Assembly: GCA_963740355.1 (NCBI GenBank)
Contig: CAVUDW010000003.1
Location: 1,024,001 to 1,088,000 of the forward strand
Origin: an uncultured Gemmatimonadaceae bacterium
GTDB taxonomy: Bacteria > Gemmatimonadota > Gemmatimonadetes > Gemmatimonadales > Gemmatimonadaceae
Reading direction: 5' to 3'
DNA: 64,000 bases
Below, one piece after another: positions 19,602 to 29,258 of this stretch. The notes beneath the pieces are model-generated. The model had not been told where the DNA came from and did not search any database. It saw only the letters and a list, made by a program, of their open reading frames with translations. Position numbers and translations under genes: made by a program. The first letter of the stretch is position 1. Each line of letters opens with the position of its first letter.

Positions 19602-20971
19602 GTCAGACCTCTCCAGCGGCGTAGCGTCCACGACGCCACCAGCGACAGCAGCGCGAGCGCCAGCAACCATCGGGGATCGAGCGAGGCACGCCAACTCTCC
19701 TGCACCGGCGCGAGGCTCGCGGCGCGAACGGAGGGCAGGCCAAGATCGCGTGCCAGTGCCGCCACAGGCGCGGCGTCGACGGTATCGTGCTCGGCTGGCG
19801 TGGTGTGTGTCAGTGGCATGGTGAGTGGCACAATGCTCGATAGCAGCGCAGTCCACCAGCGGCGATGTGCTGCAGGAGCGTCGTCATTGCCTGCCATGCG
19901 CCACAACCAGGAGTTGTCGTAGCCTACCTGCAGCACGCGTCCGGCGCCGACACGTCGAGCGGCGACTGCCACACGACCGTCGCGGCTTTCGAGCGCAATG
20001 CTTCCCGCAGCCAGCGACGCCACTGGCACGAGATCGAGGCCGTGGCGCGGCTCGACGGACGCTTCCGCGCCGAGTTCACCGACGATGGTGGCGCCAGGTG
20101 CCCCCGCGCGCAGTGAAGCCAGACCCGCAAGTCGCGCCGCTTCGCCAACGATCACCAGTCCGCCACCGTCGCGCACGAACTGCGGTAACGCCGCGATCGC
20201 TGATGCAGGTGCGCCAGGAAGCAGCAGCACGATGGCGTGACGGCTGCGCGCAGGAGTTCGCGTCGCACCCTGCGAAATCGTGACGCGAGGCGAGAGGGTG
20301 ACCGCCATGTCGACGGGCCACCCCGCTTCCTCCAGCGTCGACACGAGGAAGCGCGACTCCCAGGTTGCATCACCAAGCACCAGAACGCGCGCCGCGTCGG
20401 GCGATCCTGCCGCGAGCGACGTCGCCGAGGCCCGCACGGTCGGCGCATCGACACGCAGCAGTCCCTGCACCGGCCCCGATTGAGAACGACTTCCACCCGT
20501 CGCGAGAGTCAGCGAATCAAGTGCGCCCGCGCCATCACTGACCGATGCGGCCAACGAATCGGTGCCCGCCACCAGGATCCGTGTGCCGCCCAGTGCGCGC
20601 CATTCATTCTCTGCAACAACCGCCAGCGCCGGGAGCGGCGATGCGGTGCTCAGTCGAACCGTGTGACCACTGCCCTTCAGCGCGCGCAGGGCGGCGCGTG
20701 CGTGCGACGACGGAACGCCGCTGAGCGACACATCGAGCGTGTCCGTCGGCGTGCGCAAGAGGCTCGCGAGGCCGGCATCGAGTGTTCCCGCCCTCGTGAC
20801 AGTCGACGCAACGCCAGTCGGGCTCACTGGCGCCAGCAACCGCCACAGCAGCAACGCCATGCACGTGAATGCCACACCGTGCAACACCGCGCCAATGCGC
20901 TGCAGCGTCCGATCGGTGGACACGCCACCCATCGGCAGCGAGGCAGCGGCCGCGTCAGCGCGTGAGGGCAT
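19598..20971 (-). CDS. Hypothetical membrane protein of the MoxR/DUF58 operon
   Basis: N- and C-terminal hydrophobic helices; FVRDGGGLVIVG and GAGRVLQVGYDNSWLWRM resemble a GATase-like/trimerisation domain; start 20932 or 20971. Confidence 0.7.
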   Translation of the reverse strand: MPSRADAAAASLPMGGVSTDRTLQRIGAVLHGVAFTCMALLLWRLLAPVSPTGVASTVTRAGTLDAGLASLLRTPTDTLDVSLSGVPSSHARAALRALKGSGHTVRLSTASPLPALAVVAENEWRALGGTRILVAGTDSLAASVSDGAGALDSLTLATGGSRSQSGPVQGLLRVDAPTVRASATSLAAGSPDAARVLVLGDATWESRFLVSTLEEAGWPVDMAVTLSPRVTISQGATRTPARSRHAIVLLLPGAPASAIAALPQFVRDGGGLVIVGEAARLAGLASLRAGAPGATIVGELGAEASVEPRHGLDLVPVASLAAGSIALESRDGRVAVAARRVGAGRVLQVGYDNSWLWRMAGNDDAPAAHRRWWTALLSSIVPLTMPLTHTTPAEHDTVDAAPVAALARDLGLPSVRAASLAPVQESWRASLDPRWLLALALLSLVASWTLRRWRGLT

Positions 20972-21563
20972 ACACCACCAGGTTCACGCCGAAGCGCGTG
21001 TTGTCCACCGAGAGGAATCGCTTGTTCTCGGGATGGAACGACCACTCGCTGCTGTAGTCCTTGTTGCTGTACACGACCGCCAGCCGACCATTGCGTTCGA
21101 TCCCCTGCAGGTGATCGTGCACCAGGTTGTCGCCCCATCCATTCAGCTCGTGCGAGGTGGTGGGTGGGCCATCGCGGAAGGTGAAGAACGCCTTGTACAG
21201 CGGATGTGTATTCGGGATCGGCTTCAGCGGTCCCAAGGCCTGCGTCAGCTCTTCGGTGCAGGTCTTGTGAAAGACGCCGTCCACATCGTGGTTGTGATCA
21301 TCCACGAAAAGCAGCCCGCCGCGATCGCAGTACTTCCGCAGCATCGCGCGCTCCGCGATGGTGAAGCGCACCGGCAAATGGCCGGTGAGGTATGCCAGCG
21401 GGTACCGCAGCAACGCTTCCGACGACAGCGGCACGATCGCCCCTGACGGCGCCACGTCGACATTGGTGTAGCGCGCCACGGCGTCGATCACGTTGGCGGC
21501 CAGCAGCGGTGCGGAATCCCAGTCGCCCGATTCGTACTGCACGGTGGCGAAGGTGAACTTCAT
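20955..21563 (-). CDS. DUF4159 domain protein
   Basis: FTFATVQYESGDWD, YLTGH, GGLLFVDDHNHD, YSNKDYSSEW, FGVNLVVYALT; ATGA overlap with the upstream gene. Confidence 0.85.
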   Translation of the reverse strand: MKFTFATVQYESGDWDSAPLLAANVIDAVARYTNVDVAPSGAIVPLSSEALLRYPLAYLTGHLPVRFTIAERAMLRKYCDRGGLLFVDDHNHDVDGVFHKTCTEELTQALGPLKPIPNTHPLYKAFFTFRDGPPTTSHELNGWGDNLVHDHLQGIERNGRLAVVYSNKDYSSEWSFHPENKRFLSVDNTRFGVNLVVYALTR

Positions 21564-23686
21564 GGCGTCCCGCCGAGCCACAGTGCCGTTCCGTCACCGC
21601 GACGCCATGGCGCAAGCGCCAGTCGTCGCACGCGCAACATTGCCGCGGTCGCATCGCGTCGCGCTTCCACGGCGTCGATCGTTTCGCCGATCGCGGCCGC
21701 AAGGCTCGGTGCGGTTGCCAGTGCATCCAGTCGCACCAAGCGCAGCGCATCGAGCGCCGTCGCGTCCTTCTCGACCAACAGGCTCAACCCCTGCAGTGCG
21801 CGCTCTGCCAACCGCCGCTCCGGCGCCGGCAGAGCGTCCAGCGCACGACGCTGCTCGAACTTCGCCGAGTCAGTGCCGGTGAGGCGAATCTTCACCAGGT
21901 CCACCACAGCCGCTGGCGGCGTGCCGCGCAGGTACACGCGTTCAGCAGAACGGGCCCGCTGGATCGCGGCCAGCGCGCGGCGCATCGGGTCGAGCGCGTC
22001 GCGCGGGACGCCACCCTGCAAGGCGCGCGTCGCGTCCCACATCGCGTTGTACGCTTCCAGCAGCGGACGATTCACCGCCACCACCGGCGTTTCGTCACCG
22101 TGCGAGTCGAGCATGCCACTCATGCCGCCGGTTGCCGCATCCGCCGCCTTCAGTACCGACTCCGGCGTATTGGTTGCAGCAAGGTCGCTGGCGGTGTGTT
22201 CATGACCGTCCCCAGCGAAGTGTGCATGTTCGCCGCTCGGGCTGTCGCCGAGGCGCGCGAAGACGATGTCCGCGACCTGCTTCCGGAGCCGCGCCTGGTC
22301 ACTGCCGATGCGCTGTGATTCCGTCAGCATCGTGGCACGGTCGATCCTGGGCATCCGTGCCACCAATCGCTCAGCCATCAGCAGCAACATCCGCTGGCTG
22401 AGCACACTCTTGTCCACCGGCGTGGGAGGCAGCTGCTCGACGGCCACCGAGTCGCGCTCATCGGGTCGCGGAATGCGAATCGTGCGCGTCTCGCTGGTGC
22501 CGAGCGAGGGACCGCTGAGTGTGTTGCCATCATGTGCGGTGAGTCGCACGTGCATCAGGTCACCCGGCTTCAGGTGCAGCGCGCCGAGGTCGAGCGTGGT
22601 CGCCATCGTGAGGTCACGCCCAAGTGAACCGCGACGTTCGTCGATCGCGCCAGACTTGAACGTGAACTGCTCGCCACCGCCGCTGGAGATGATGTACTCG
22701 ATGCGTGCGTCGCGCAGACCAAGGTCGTCGTGAATTGTGCCGGATACCCTGATCCTGGCCGTCGTATCGAAGACCAGCGTATCGCTCGCTGGCAGGACCA
22801 GGGTGGCGACTGGCGCGGAGTCGGCGACGGGTGTCACCAGCAGCCAGCGCTCGCCAGCCGCGTCTCGCAGGCGAACAGCAATCGGTGCCGTGCCGATGCG
22901 CACGTCACCGCGCCACCCGCCGTCGCGCGGTGCGGTGGTCACTGCTCGCGGCGTACCGGCACCACTGTCCGATGACTCCTGCACGAGCATCGTGGCGTTG
23001 CCCTGCGCACCAATGGCGTCGATGCGAATGAGGCTGCCGACAAGCGCTGACACGGTTTGTCCGAACGCCAGCCCGCGTTCAGGGCGACCTGTGTACGCCG
23101 GCGGCACGAGTACGGCTTCTGCCATCACGCGGCCTGGAGGCGGCGCCGTCGTATCGCGCTCCACACGCAGCGCTGGCGCCACGTTTGCCGCGATCGGCCG
23201 CGCACGCCACGGGTAGATGCCGGCGGCCACGAGCAGCACTGCGGCCGCCAAGCGGCGAAGCACCGCTGCGCGTCGCCCACCCATCGCACGTCCAACGTTC
23301 TGCTGCCAAGGGGTACTGGCAGTGAAATCAGCCAGCCGACGCTGAACGGGATCGGCATCATTCACCGGCTGCTGCTCAGCCAGCGTCACCAATGCGTAGC
23401 GCAGCTCCGGCGCTTGTGATTCAGCCCACAGCGCGGCGTCGAGCAGTGCCAGACGCGCTGGCTGCAGCACGCGCCACCGCCACCCACCAACCGCTACGGC
23501 ACCACTGATCGCCACAGCCCAAACAATTCCTATCGCCGGCACACCGAGCAGCACGCGCGCCAGTGCGCCGATTGCAAGCAGACTGCCAAGTGCCGCCAGC
23601 GTCCAGACGGCGACGTCTCCGATGGCCAGCGTGCGGAGCGAGGCTCGCAGCTGGTCGAGTCGTGATGCGAGTTGGTGTGGTGTCAT
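21560..23686 (-). CDS. Large membrane-anchored protein, DUF4175-like
   Basis: N-terminal TM helices, PPAYTG, DDLGL Ig-like segment, helical C-terminus with LSQRMLL and YNAMWDA. Confidence 0.7.
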   Translation of the reverse strand: MTPHQLASRLDQLRASLRTLAIGDVAVWTLAALGSLLAIGALARVLLGVPAIGIVWAVAISGAVAVGGWRWRVLQPARLALLDAALWAESQAPELRYALVTLAEQQPVNDADPVQRRLADFTASTPWQQNVGRAMGGRRAAVLRRLAAAVLLVAAGIYPWRARPIAANVAPALRVERDTTAPPPGRVMAEAVLVPPAYTGRPERGLAFGQTVSALVGSLIRIDAIGAQGNATMLVQESSDSGAGTPRAVTTAPRDGGWRGDVRIGTAPIAVRLRDAAGERWLLVTPVADSAPVATLVLPASDTLVFDTTARIRVSGTIHDDLGLRDARIEYIISSGGGEQFTFKSGAIDERRGSLGRDLTMATTLDLGALHLKPGDLMHVRLTAHDGNTLSGPSLGTSETRTIRIPRPDERDSVAVEQLPPTPVDKSVLSQRMLLLMAERLVARMPRIDRATMLTESQRIGSDQARLRKQVADIVFARLGDSPSGEHAHFAGDGHEHTASDLAATNTPESVLKAADAATGGMSGMLDSHGDETPVVAVNRPLLEAYNAMWDATRALQGGVPRDALDPMRRALAAIQRARSAERVYLRGTPPAAVVDLVKIRLTGTDSAKFEQRRALDALPAPERRLAERALQGLSLLVEKDATALDALRLVRLDALATAPSLAAAIGETIDAVEARRDATAAMLRVRRLALAPWRRGDGTALWLGGTP

Positions 23687-24897
23687 GCGCGCTTCCGCAG
23701 CAGCAGCTCGAGCGCGGCCAGTGCCAGTGCGAGGCCGACGAACCAGACGGCCAGCGGCGACGAAAGTGTAGCCTGCGACGCCGTCACACTCCGCGTACGC
23801 GTCGGTGCCCGCAGCCAGTCAGGCGCCGCGCCAACCGTCCCCTGCTCCCGGTCACAACTCGTGACGAGCGCCGCCAGCCACGCCTGCGCGGCCAGCGACA
23901 GGGTCTGATCGCCGGCCGCCGGCACAGCAACCGCCACCCGAAGCAGACATCCGCGTCCAATCGACACGCGCCACACGGCCGGCGAACCGTCAGCCCACCA
24001 CCCAATCGCCTGAGCCCCACGCAACGCGACATTCGAGCTGTCCACTCCAAGCGGCGCAATCCATGTCGCGGAACCGACGGCGAGTCCCCGCAGCGCCGGC
24101 GCACCAGCCAGCGCACGTGACGGCCACCAGACGATCGTCGCTCCGGCGCGTGCGGCGCTGGAATCATCAGCCGTCAACGGTGCGCCCCGAACGATTCGCG
24201 TCGTCACGCGCGCGACGCTGTCGCCGAGCAGGTGTGCCGTCGCGGCGATCGGATCATCGCCGTCAGCGCGCACAGCGATTGGTCCGCGCGCCACGGCGCT
24301 GTCCTTCGCGATCGCCACCGGAACGACGACGATCGAGTCAGGCACCAGCGCACGAATCGACGCTGTGACCGGATCGAGGCTGCGTGGTGAGAAGCGCGAC
24401 GCGATGGCCACCCGCAGCGTCGTCGATCGTTCGGCCAATGAATCGCGAACACGCACCAACCGCCCAAGCCCCGCGCCCAACGATGCCACATCGGCTACTG
24501 ACGGTGTGACCGCACTCGGCAAACCGATCGCGGTGGCCGAATCGTACGCGATGACGACATCTGTCGCTGCGAGCGTCGAGAGCACGGTGCGCTGCGCGTC
24601 GAGTGGCAAGCTGCGATCGAGCAACAGCAGCGTGCGCGTCGGCACACGACTGCCAGTCAACACCGGTTGCGCGACACCCAGTGCCAACAATGCAATCACC
24701 AGCAGGCGCAACAACATCCACCAGCGATCCATCGGGATCTTCTGCAGCGTCGTCGCTTCGAGCATGCCGCCCGGCAGGAAGCGCGTGGTGGCCAGTGTCA
24801 GCGCACGCGGCCTCTGTCGCGACAACAGATGCGCGGCGACCACGCCGAGCATGCCAAGCGCGCCCGCCGCCAGTGCCCACGGCGCGAGCCATGTCAC
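23683..24897 (-). CDS. BatA-type N-terminal double-transmembrane domain protein
   Basis: MTWLAPWAL..AHLLSRQRP..TRFL..LLRLLVIALLALGVAQP, followed by a degenerate vWA-like LLLDRS. Confidence 0.8.
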   Translation of the reverse strand: MTWLAPWALAAGALGMLGVVAAHLLSRQRPRALTLATTRFLPGGMLEATTLQKIPMDRWWMLLRLLVIALLALGVAQPVLTGSRVPTRTLLLLDRSLPLDAQRTVLSTLAATDVVIAYDSATAIGLPSAVTPSVADVASLGAGLGRLVRVRDSLAERSTTLRVAIASRFSPRSLDPVTASIRALVPDSIVVVPVAIAKDSAVARGPIAVRADGDDPIAATAHLLGDSVARVTTRIVRGAPLTADDSSAARAGATIVWWPSRALAGAPALRGLAVGSATWIAPLGVDSSNVALRGAQAIGWWADGSPAVWRVSIGRGCLLRVAVAVPAAGDQTLSLAAQAWLAALVTSCDREQGTVGAAPDWLRAPTRTRSVTASQATLSSPLAVWFVGLALALAALELLLRKRA

Positions 24898-25781
24898 GCC
24901 ACCGCTCCAGTGCCCGAGGCGGCGCGCACCAGCGTACGCACTGCGTCGGCTGGTGGCTGATCATCCACGATTTCCACGTAGCGCGCGCCGGTTGCCAACC
25001 AGCGGTTCCGCATCGACGCACGAAACGCCGCAAAACTCGCCTCGTACGCGCGGTGCGCACTCTTCGAGAGCGGGCGTCGCAGCGCCTCGTCTTCCGGATC
25101 GACGGCCACCGCCCGTTCAACGCCCAGCGAGAGCTCGGCACGTGACACAAGGTGCACAACGATCACCTCCACACCGCGCGCGATCAGCGAGGCACCGCGC
25201 TGCAGCAGCGCGTCAGCATCACCCAGCAGGTCGGAGATGATCACGACACGCTCGATACCGCGCATGCCGTCCAGCATCGGCGCGACGGCGGCCACGCCAT
25301 CCACCTCGACGGCGTCGACCACACGGATCATTTCACGCACGACATCGCCCCGCGCGCGTGGCGCCAGCCGACGCGCACCCGAGGCGCGCGCGATCACCAA
25401 TCCGACAGGGTCACCGGCACCGCGTCCCACCGCAGCCAGCCCGACGCACAGCATGCGCGCCTGTCGCCACTTCGTCTCCCCGCCCACCGCAGCGCCCATC
25501 GAGGCCGAGCCGTCGAGCACGATCAACGTCGGCGACGTTGCGATATCGGGTGCCAGGCGGACGTAAGCGCGGTCAGTGCGCGCCAGCAGCTTCCAGTCCA
25601 GTCGCCGCGGATCGTCACCTTGCCGATAGGGGCGATACTCGGTGACTTCGACATTCGGGCCGATGCGTTTCGCGGTGTGCGCACCCACGTTGGTGGTACG
25701 CGGGCGCAGGCGTGCCATCCATCGCACGCCGCGCAACGCATCGAGCAATGCGCCGTATTCGTGAAAGCCGGGCGCCGCCAT
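24894..25781 (-). CDS. DUF58 (vWA-associated) protein
   Basis: EYRPYRQGDDPRRLDWKLLAR, LDGSASM (MIDAS-like), IISDL. Confidence 0.9.
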   Translation of the reverse strand: MAAPGFHEYGALLDALRGVRWMARLRPRTTNVGAHTAKRIGPNVEVTEYRPYRQGDDPRRLDWKLLARTDRAYVRLAPDIATSPTLIVLDGSASMGAAVGGETKWRQARMLCVGLAAVGRGAGDPVGLVIARASGARRLAPRARGDVVREMIRVVDAVEVDGVAAVAPMLDGMRGIERVVIISDLLGDADALLQRGASLIARGVEVIVVHLVSRAELSLGVERAVAVDPEDEALRRPLSKSAHRAYEASFAAFRASMRNRWLATGARYVEIVDDQPPADAVRTLVRAASGTGAVA

Positions 25782-25795
25782 GACCTGCGACGGCG

Positions 25796-26828
25796 TCAGC
25801 GAGGAAAGGCGCCGCGTGGTGGCTCGATACGTGCCACCAATTCCTTCACGATGACGTCCGACGCAATGCCATCCGCCTCGGCCGCGTAGTTCGGAAGCAC
25901 GCGATGGCGAAGCACTGGAATCGCGACGCGCTGCACATCGGCCGGCGACACTGCCACGCGTCCGGCCAGCAACGCGTGGGCCTTCGCGCCAAGGATGAGC
26001 GCCTGGCCCGCGCGTGGGCCGGCACCCCAGCGCACGTACTTCGTCACCAGATCCGGCGCACGGGAGTCACCAGGACGAGTCGCGCGCACCAGCTGTGCTG
26101 CATATCGCAGCACGGTGTCTGAGGCGGGCACGTCGCGCGCCATCTTCTGCAGCGCACGGACCTGCAACGCATCGAGCACGGGCGTCAGCGGTTCGGAGGC
26201 AGCGCCGGTGGTGCTGCGCAGGATGCCGACTTCATCATCCTCGCCAGGGTAATCCACACGAATGTCGAACAGGAACCGATCCAGCTGTGCTTCAGGCAGC
26301 GGATATGTCCCTTCCTGCTCGATCGGATTCTGCGTGGCGAGCACGAAGAACGGTGCCGGCAGCGGCATGGTCTGGCCTGCCGCCGTCACGCGGTACTCCT
26401 GCATCGCTTCGAGCAGCGCCGCCTGCGTGCGTGGTGGCGCGCGGTTGATTTCGTCGGCGAGCACGATGTTGGCGAAGATCGGCCCACGCACGAAGCGGAA
26501 GGCGCGATGCCCGCGTGGCCGAGTCTTCCTCGAGCAACTCGGTGCCCGTGATGTCGCTTGGCACGAGGTCCGGGGTGAACTGGATGCGGCGAAAATCCAG
26601 CTGCATCGCCTCGGAGACGGCACGCACCATCATCGTCTTCGCCAGCCCCGGCACACCCACCAGCAACGCATGGCCACCGGCCACGATCGCGAGCAGAATT
26701 TCGTCCAGTGCCTCGGTCTGGCCCACGATGCGGCGCGCGACTTCCGCGCGCATTGCCTGCGCCGCGCCGATCAGTGCTGCTGCCTCGTTTTCGCTCGTGC
26801 CACGTGACACACCCATCGGTTCCGCCAT
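25796..26828 (-). pseudogene. MoxR family AAA+ ATPase split by a +1 frameshift near 26513 (real lesion or sequencing error)
   Basis: 5' frame has IVGQ, GVPGLAKT, RIQFTPDLVPSDITG; 3' frame has GPIFANIVLADEINRAPPRTQAALLEAMQE, ATQNPIEQEGTYPLPEAQLDRF. Removing one base at 26513 restores EEDSATGHRAFRFVRGPIF. Confidence 0.88.
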
Positions 26829-27151
26829 CACTTGAGCGGCTGCCGGCGACGCATGTGCAGCAGCAGCGTCGAACCGTCCTTCACACCAGCGTCCGCCAAC
26901 GATTTCGCTTCATCGCGGATTTCGAACCCACCGAGCTTCGTCACCATGTCGCCTGGCACCGGCAGATCGGGTGCCAAAACGGCCAGGGCACGCGCCTTGA
27001 CGGTGGCGACCGATGTCTCAGGTGCGGCAACGACTTTCACCGCATCCCACGCCTCCAGCAGCTGGACGCGGATCGTGATGTCGGCGGCGCTGCCGGTACC
27101 AAGCGTGATCGCCTCCGCAGGGGTGCGGAGCTGGGTGACGAAGGGCGGCAT
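26828..27151 (-). CDS. Ubiquitin-like (beta-grasp; YukD/EsaB-like) protein without C-terminal GG
   Basis: ITIRVQ..PETSVATVKARA..KLGGFEIRDEAKSLADAGVKDGSTLLLHMRRR parallels the ubiquitin pattern; TGATG overlap with moxR; start uncertain. Confidence 0.7.
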   Translation of the reverse strand: MPPFVTQLRTPAEAITLGTGSAADITIRVQLLEAWDAVKVVAAPETSVATVKARALAVLAPDLPVPGDMVTKLGGFEIRDEAKSLADAGVKDGSTLLLHMRRRQPLK

Positions 27152-27230
27152 GTGCGGTTGGACGGAGCGAGGGAACAACGGGTTGCCAGCGGCGACGGTG
27201 CTCGTGTCGGCCGAGCCGCGGACAGATGAT

Positions 27231-27575
27231 CTACGCGGCGGGGGTGCCTTCAGTTGCGTCAGCGACCGGGGCTTCGAGCGCTGGGGCCGGTGGCGGCGCC
27301 ACGTACCTCGGCAGCGTCGACAGAAAGCGGGCGATCTGCTGGTCGAACATGTAGCTCGATCCGGTGACCCGCGTGCCATCAGGAATCGCCGCCACCCCGA
27401 ACAGCACATCTTCCCCGCCCTGTCCGCGCAGCGCGACGAACGTCGGCCCCGACTTCTCGGGGAAGGCGGCGTAAACGCCGCTCCGCAGGGAGAAGAAATC
27501 CGTCGCGGCCGCCAGCACCGCGGCGCCGTCGAGGGAGGTGTTGGCTTCCTGCTGGGTGCGGATGGTCGGTGGCAT
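27231..27575 (-). CDS. Hypothetical protein (114 aa)
   Basis: Globular alpha/beta-looking core with a Pro/Ala tail; TAGATT-N6-ATG start context. Confidence 0.7.
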   Translation of the reverse strand: MPPTIRTQQEANTSLDGAAVLAAATDFFSLRSGVYAAFPEKSGPTFVALRGQGGEDVLFGVAAIPDGTRVTGSSYMFDQQIARFLSTLPRYVAPPPAPALEAPVADATEGTPAA

Positions 27576-27619
27576 GGCCGGAATCTAGCCGCACCCGGAT
27601 GGCTGGCGAATGGACGCCC

Positions 27620-28279
27620 CTAGAAGATCCGGAACGACAGCATCACGGGCACCAGGTAGAGCGGCCCGACGGACGACTGGGCCCGCATCACATCGGCCGA
27701 GAGGACGAACCGGGAGTCGGGCTTGCCAAGCGGTGCCGAGGCCCCGACGCGCCATCCCCAACCCGACGCAGTGGTTCGGATGTAGGCGATGGACGCAGGA
27801 GCGGAGGGCGAGCCGGTGGCACCGTCCACGTGTGAGCTGCGAAGCCACACCGGACCGGCGCGAAGGTGGAGTGGGACACTCGCGAACGGTTCGAATTCGA
27901 TCGCTGGTGCGAAGCCGAGCATCGACGATTGGGGCCCACGCTCGCGGATTGGCTGCTGGCCGCGCGTTCCGAGCACCGTATCGGAGGCGAATGGCCACCC
28001 GAGCAGGTCAACGAAGTCTCCGCCGCTCGGCGCGGCGGCGAGCGCCTCGACGCGAAGTTGCGCGAAGGTCGAGAGTCGGAGGCTCACCGCCGCGCTGGCA
28101 GATATACCACTGCGGCGGGAGGGGTTGCCGAAGGGCACATCGGTGACCGCGCTTCCACCGATTCCGACCGCAAACGACGTGGTTCCTGGTTCGGACCGCT
28201 CCGTCTGTCCGCGGAGGGATGGCGCGGCGGCAACGATCACAGCAAAGCCCAGCGAAAGCAGTCGGAGCGACACGAACAC
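27620..28279 (-). CDS. Hypothetical exported / outer-membrane beta-barrel-like protein
   Basis: Signal peptide, alternating beta-strand pattern, terminal Phe (VMLSFRIF). Confidence 0.55.
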   Translation of the reverse strand: MFVSLRLLSLGFAVIVAAAPSLRGQTERSEPGTTSFAVGIGGSAVTDVPFGNPSRRSGISASAAVSLRLSTFAQLRVEALAAAPSGGDFVDLLGWPFASDTVLGTRGQQPIRERGPQSSMLGFAPAIEFEPFASVPLHLRAGPVWLRSSHVDGATGSPSAPASIAYIRTTASGWGWRVGASAPLGKPDSRFVLSADVMRAQSSVGPLYLVPVMLSFRIF

Positions 28280-28442
28280 CTCGGAGGAGACCGGGATCCT
28301 GGCGACGGCTGATTGGTACCATGATAAACCTATCGGGTTCCACCGCGTTCCCGCTCACCCCCTGATCGGCGCAGGCACGGTGCAGCTTCGCCCGCTCACC
28401 CCATTGCTCCGTCTGCTCGTTCACGCCCCTCGCCCGTCACAT

Positions 28443-28652
28443 TCAGCCCCGAAAGAGCGTCACCCGGTGCGACCCGTCGCAAAAGGGCGCCTCGCGCGAG
28501 GCGCCACACCGACAGAGTGCCATCGAGTCCGCTTCGCGGATCAGTGTGCCATCGGCCGACTCGAGCCGAACCGGTCCCTGCAATACCAGCGGGCCGTTGT
28601 GTCGCAACCGGATCAGCAGTCGTGGCGTATTGTCATTGTCGGCTCCATTCAT
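28443..28652 (-). CDS. CDGSH iron-sulfur domain protein
   Basis: NGPLVLQG..ALCRCGASREAPFCDGSH. Confidence 0.9.
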   Translation of the reverse strand: MNGADNDNTPRLLIRLRHNGPLVLQGPVRLESADGTLIREADSMALCRCGASREAPFCDGSHRVTLFRG

Positions 28653-28697
28653 GCAAGCAATTTACGTTGCTACCGACACCACTATCACGGAGAGACG

Positions 28698-29165
28698 ATG
28701 ACCGAAGTCGCGCCACGCAAGATCCTGATCGCCAGTTTCGCCACTCCGGGCGGCGCCGACGCCTCCCTGCACCTTCTGAAGGCCGCACCAGTCAGCCTCG
28801 GCAATGTCGCCGTCGTGAAGCGCGACGCGAACGGCAAGGTCGAGTTCACCGAGTCGCAGGACTGGGGCATCGGCAAGAGCGCGCTGGTTGGCGCGATTGC
28901 GGGTTTGCTCCTGCCGGGTGTGGGCACGATCACCATGGCCGCCGGCGGCGCACTGGCCGCGTATTTCATCGACCTTGGCTTTCCTGACCCGCTCCTCAAG
29001 CAGATGGGCGAAGGGCTCGACCAGAACAGCTCGATGCTGGTCGCACTCGTCGACGAGGCAGGCCTGGCGCGTGCCAGCGAAGTGATCTCGCAGGCGGGCG
29101 GCACCGTGTCCGGCACGAGCACCGAGACGGACCTCGCGGCCGCCATGGCGACGATGAAGCGGTAG
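28698..29165 (+). CDS. DUF1269-like membrane protein
   Basis: GGAGAG RBS; AVVKRDANGKV..GALAG-type glycine zipper..DLGFPD..SSMLVALV. Confidence 0.75.
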   Translation: MTEVAPRKILIASFATPGGADASLHLLKAAPVSLGNVAVVKRDANGKVEFTESQDWGIGKSALVGAIAGLLLPGVGTITMAAGGALAAYFIDLGFPDPLLKQMGEGLDQNSSMLVALVDEAGLARASEVISQAGGTVSGTSTETDLAAAMATMKR

Positions 29166-29187
29166 TCGATCACGCAGTTGTTGAACG

Positions 29188-29227
29188 CAGAACGGCGCTC
29201 CCGAGACGGAGCGCCGTTCTGTTTTTT
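29188..29227 (+). terminator. Intrinsic terminator between convergent DUF1269 and glyQS genes
   Basis: CAGAACGGCGCTCC-cgagac-GGAGCGCCGTTCTG 14-bp stem followed by TTTTTT. Confidence 0.88.
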
Positions 29228-29258
29228 GCCGTGTGTCCCTACTGCGGTCGTACGCGAA

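Noticed and set aside
26505..26520. Programmed ribosomal frameshift in moxR
   Set aside because: No slippery sequence or recognisable stimulatory element; a simple indel is more parsimonious
27789..28697. N-terminal ~300 aa of the 458-aa plus-strand ORF
   Set aside because: Overlaps two better minus-strand genes; the real gene starts at ATG 28698 with an RBS
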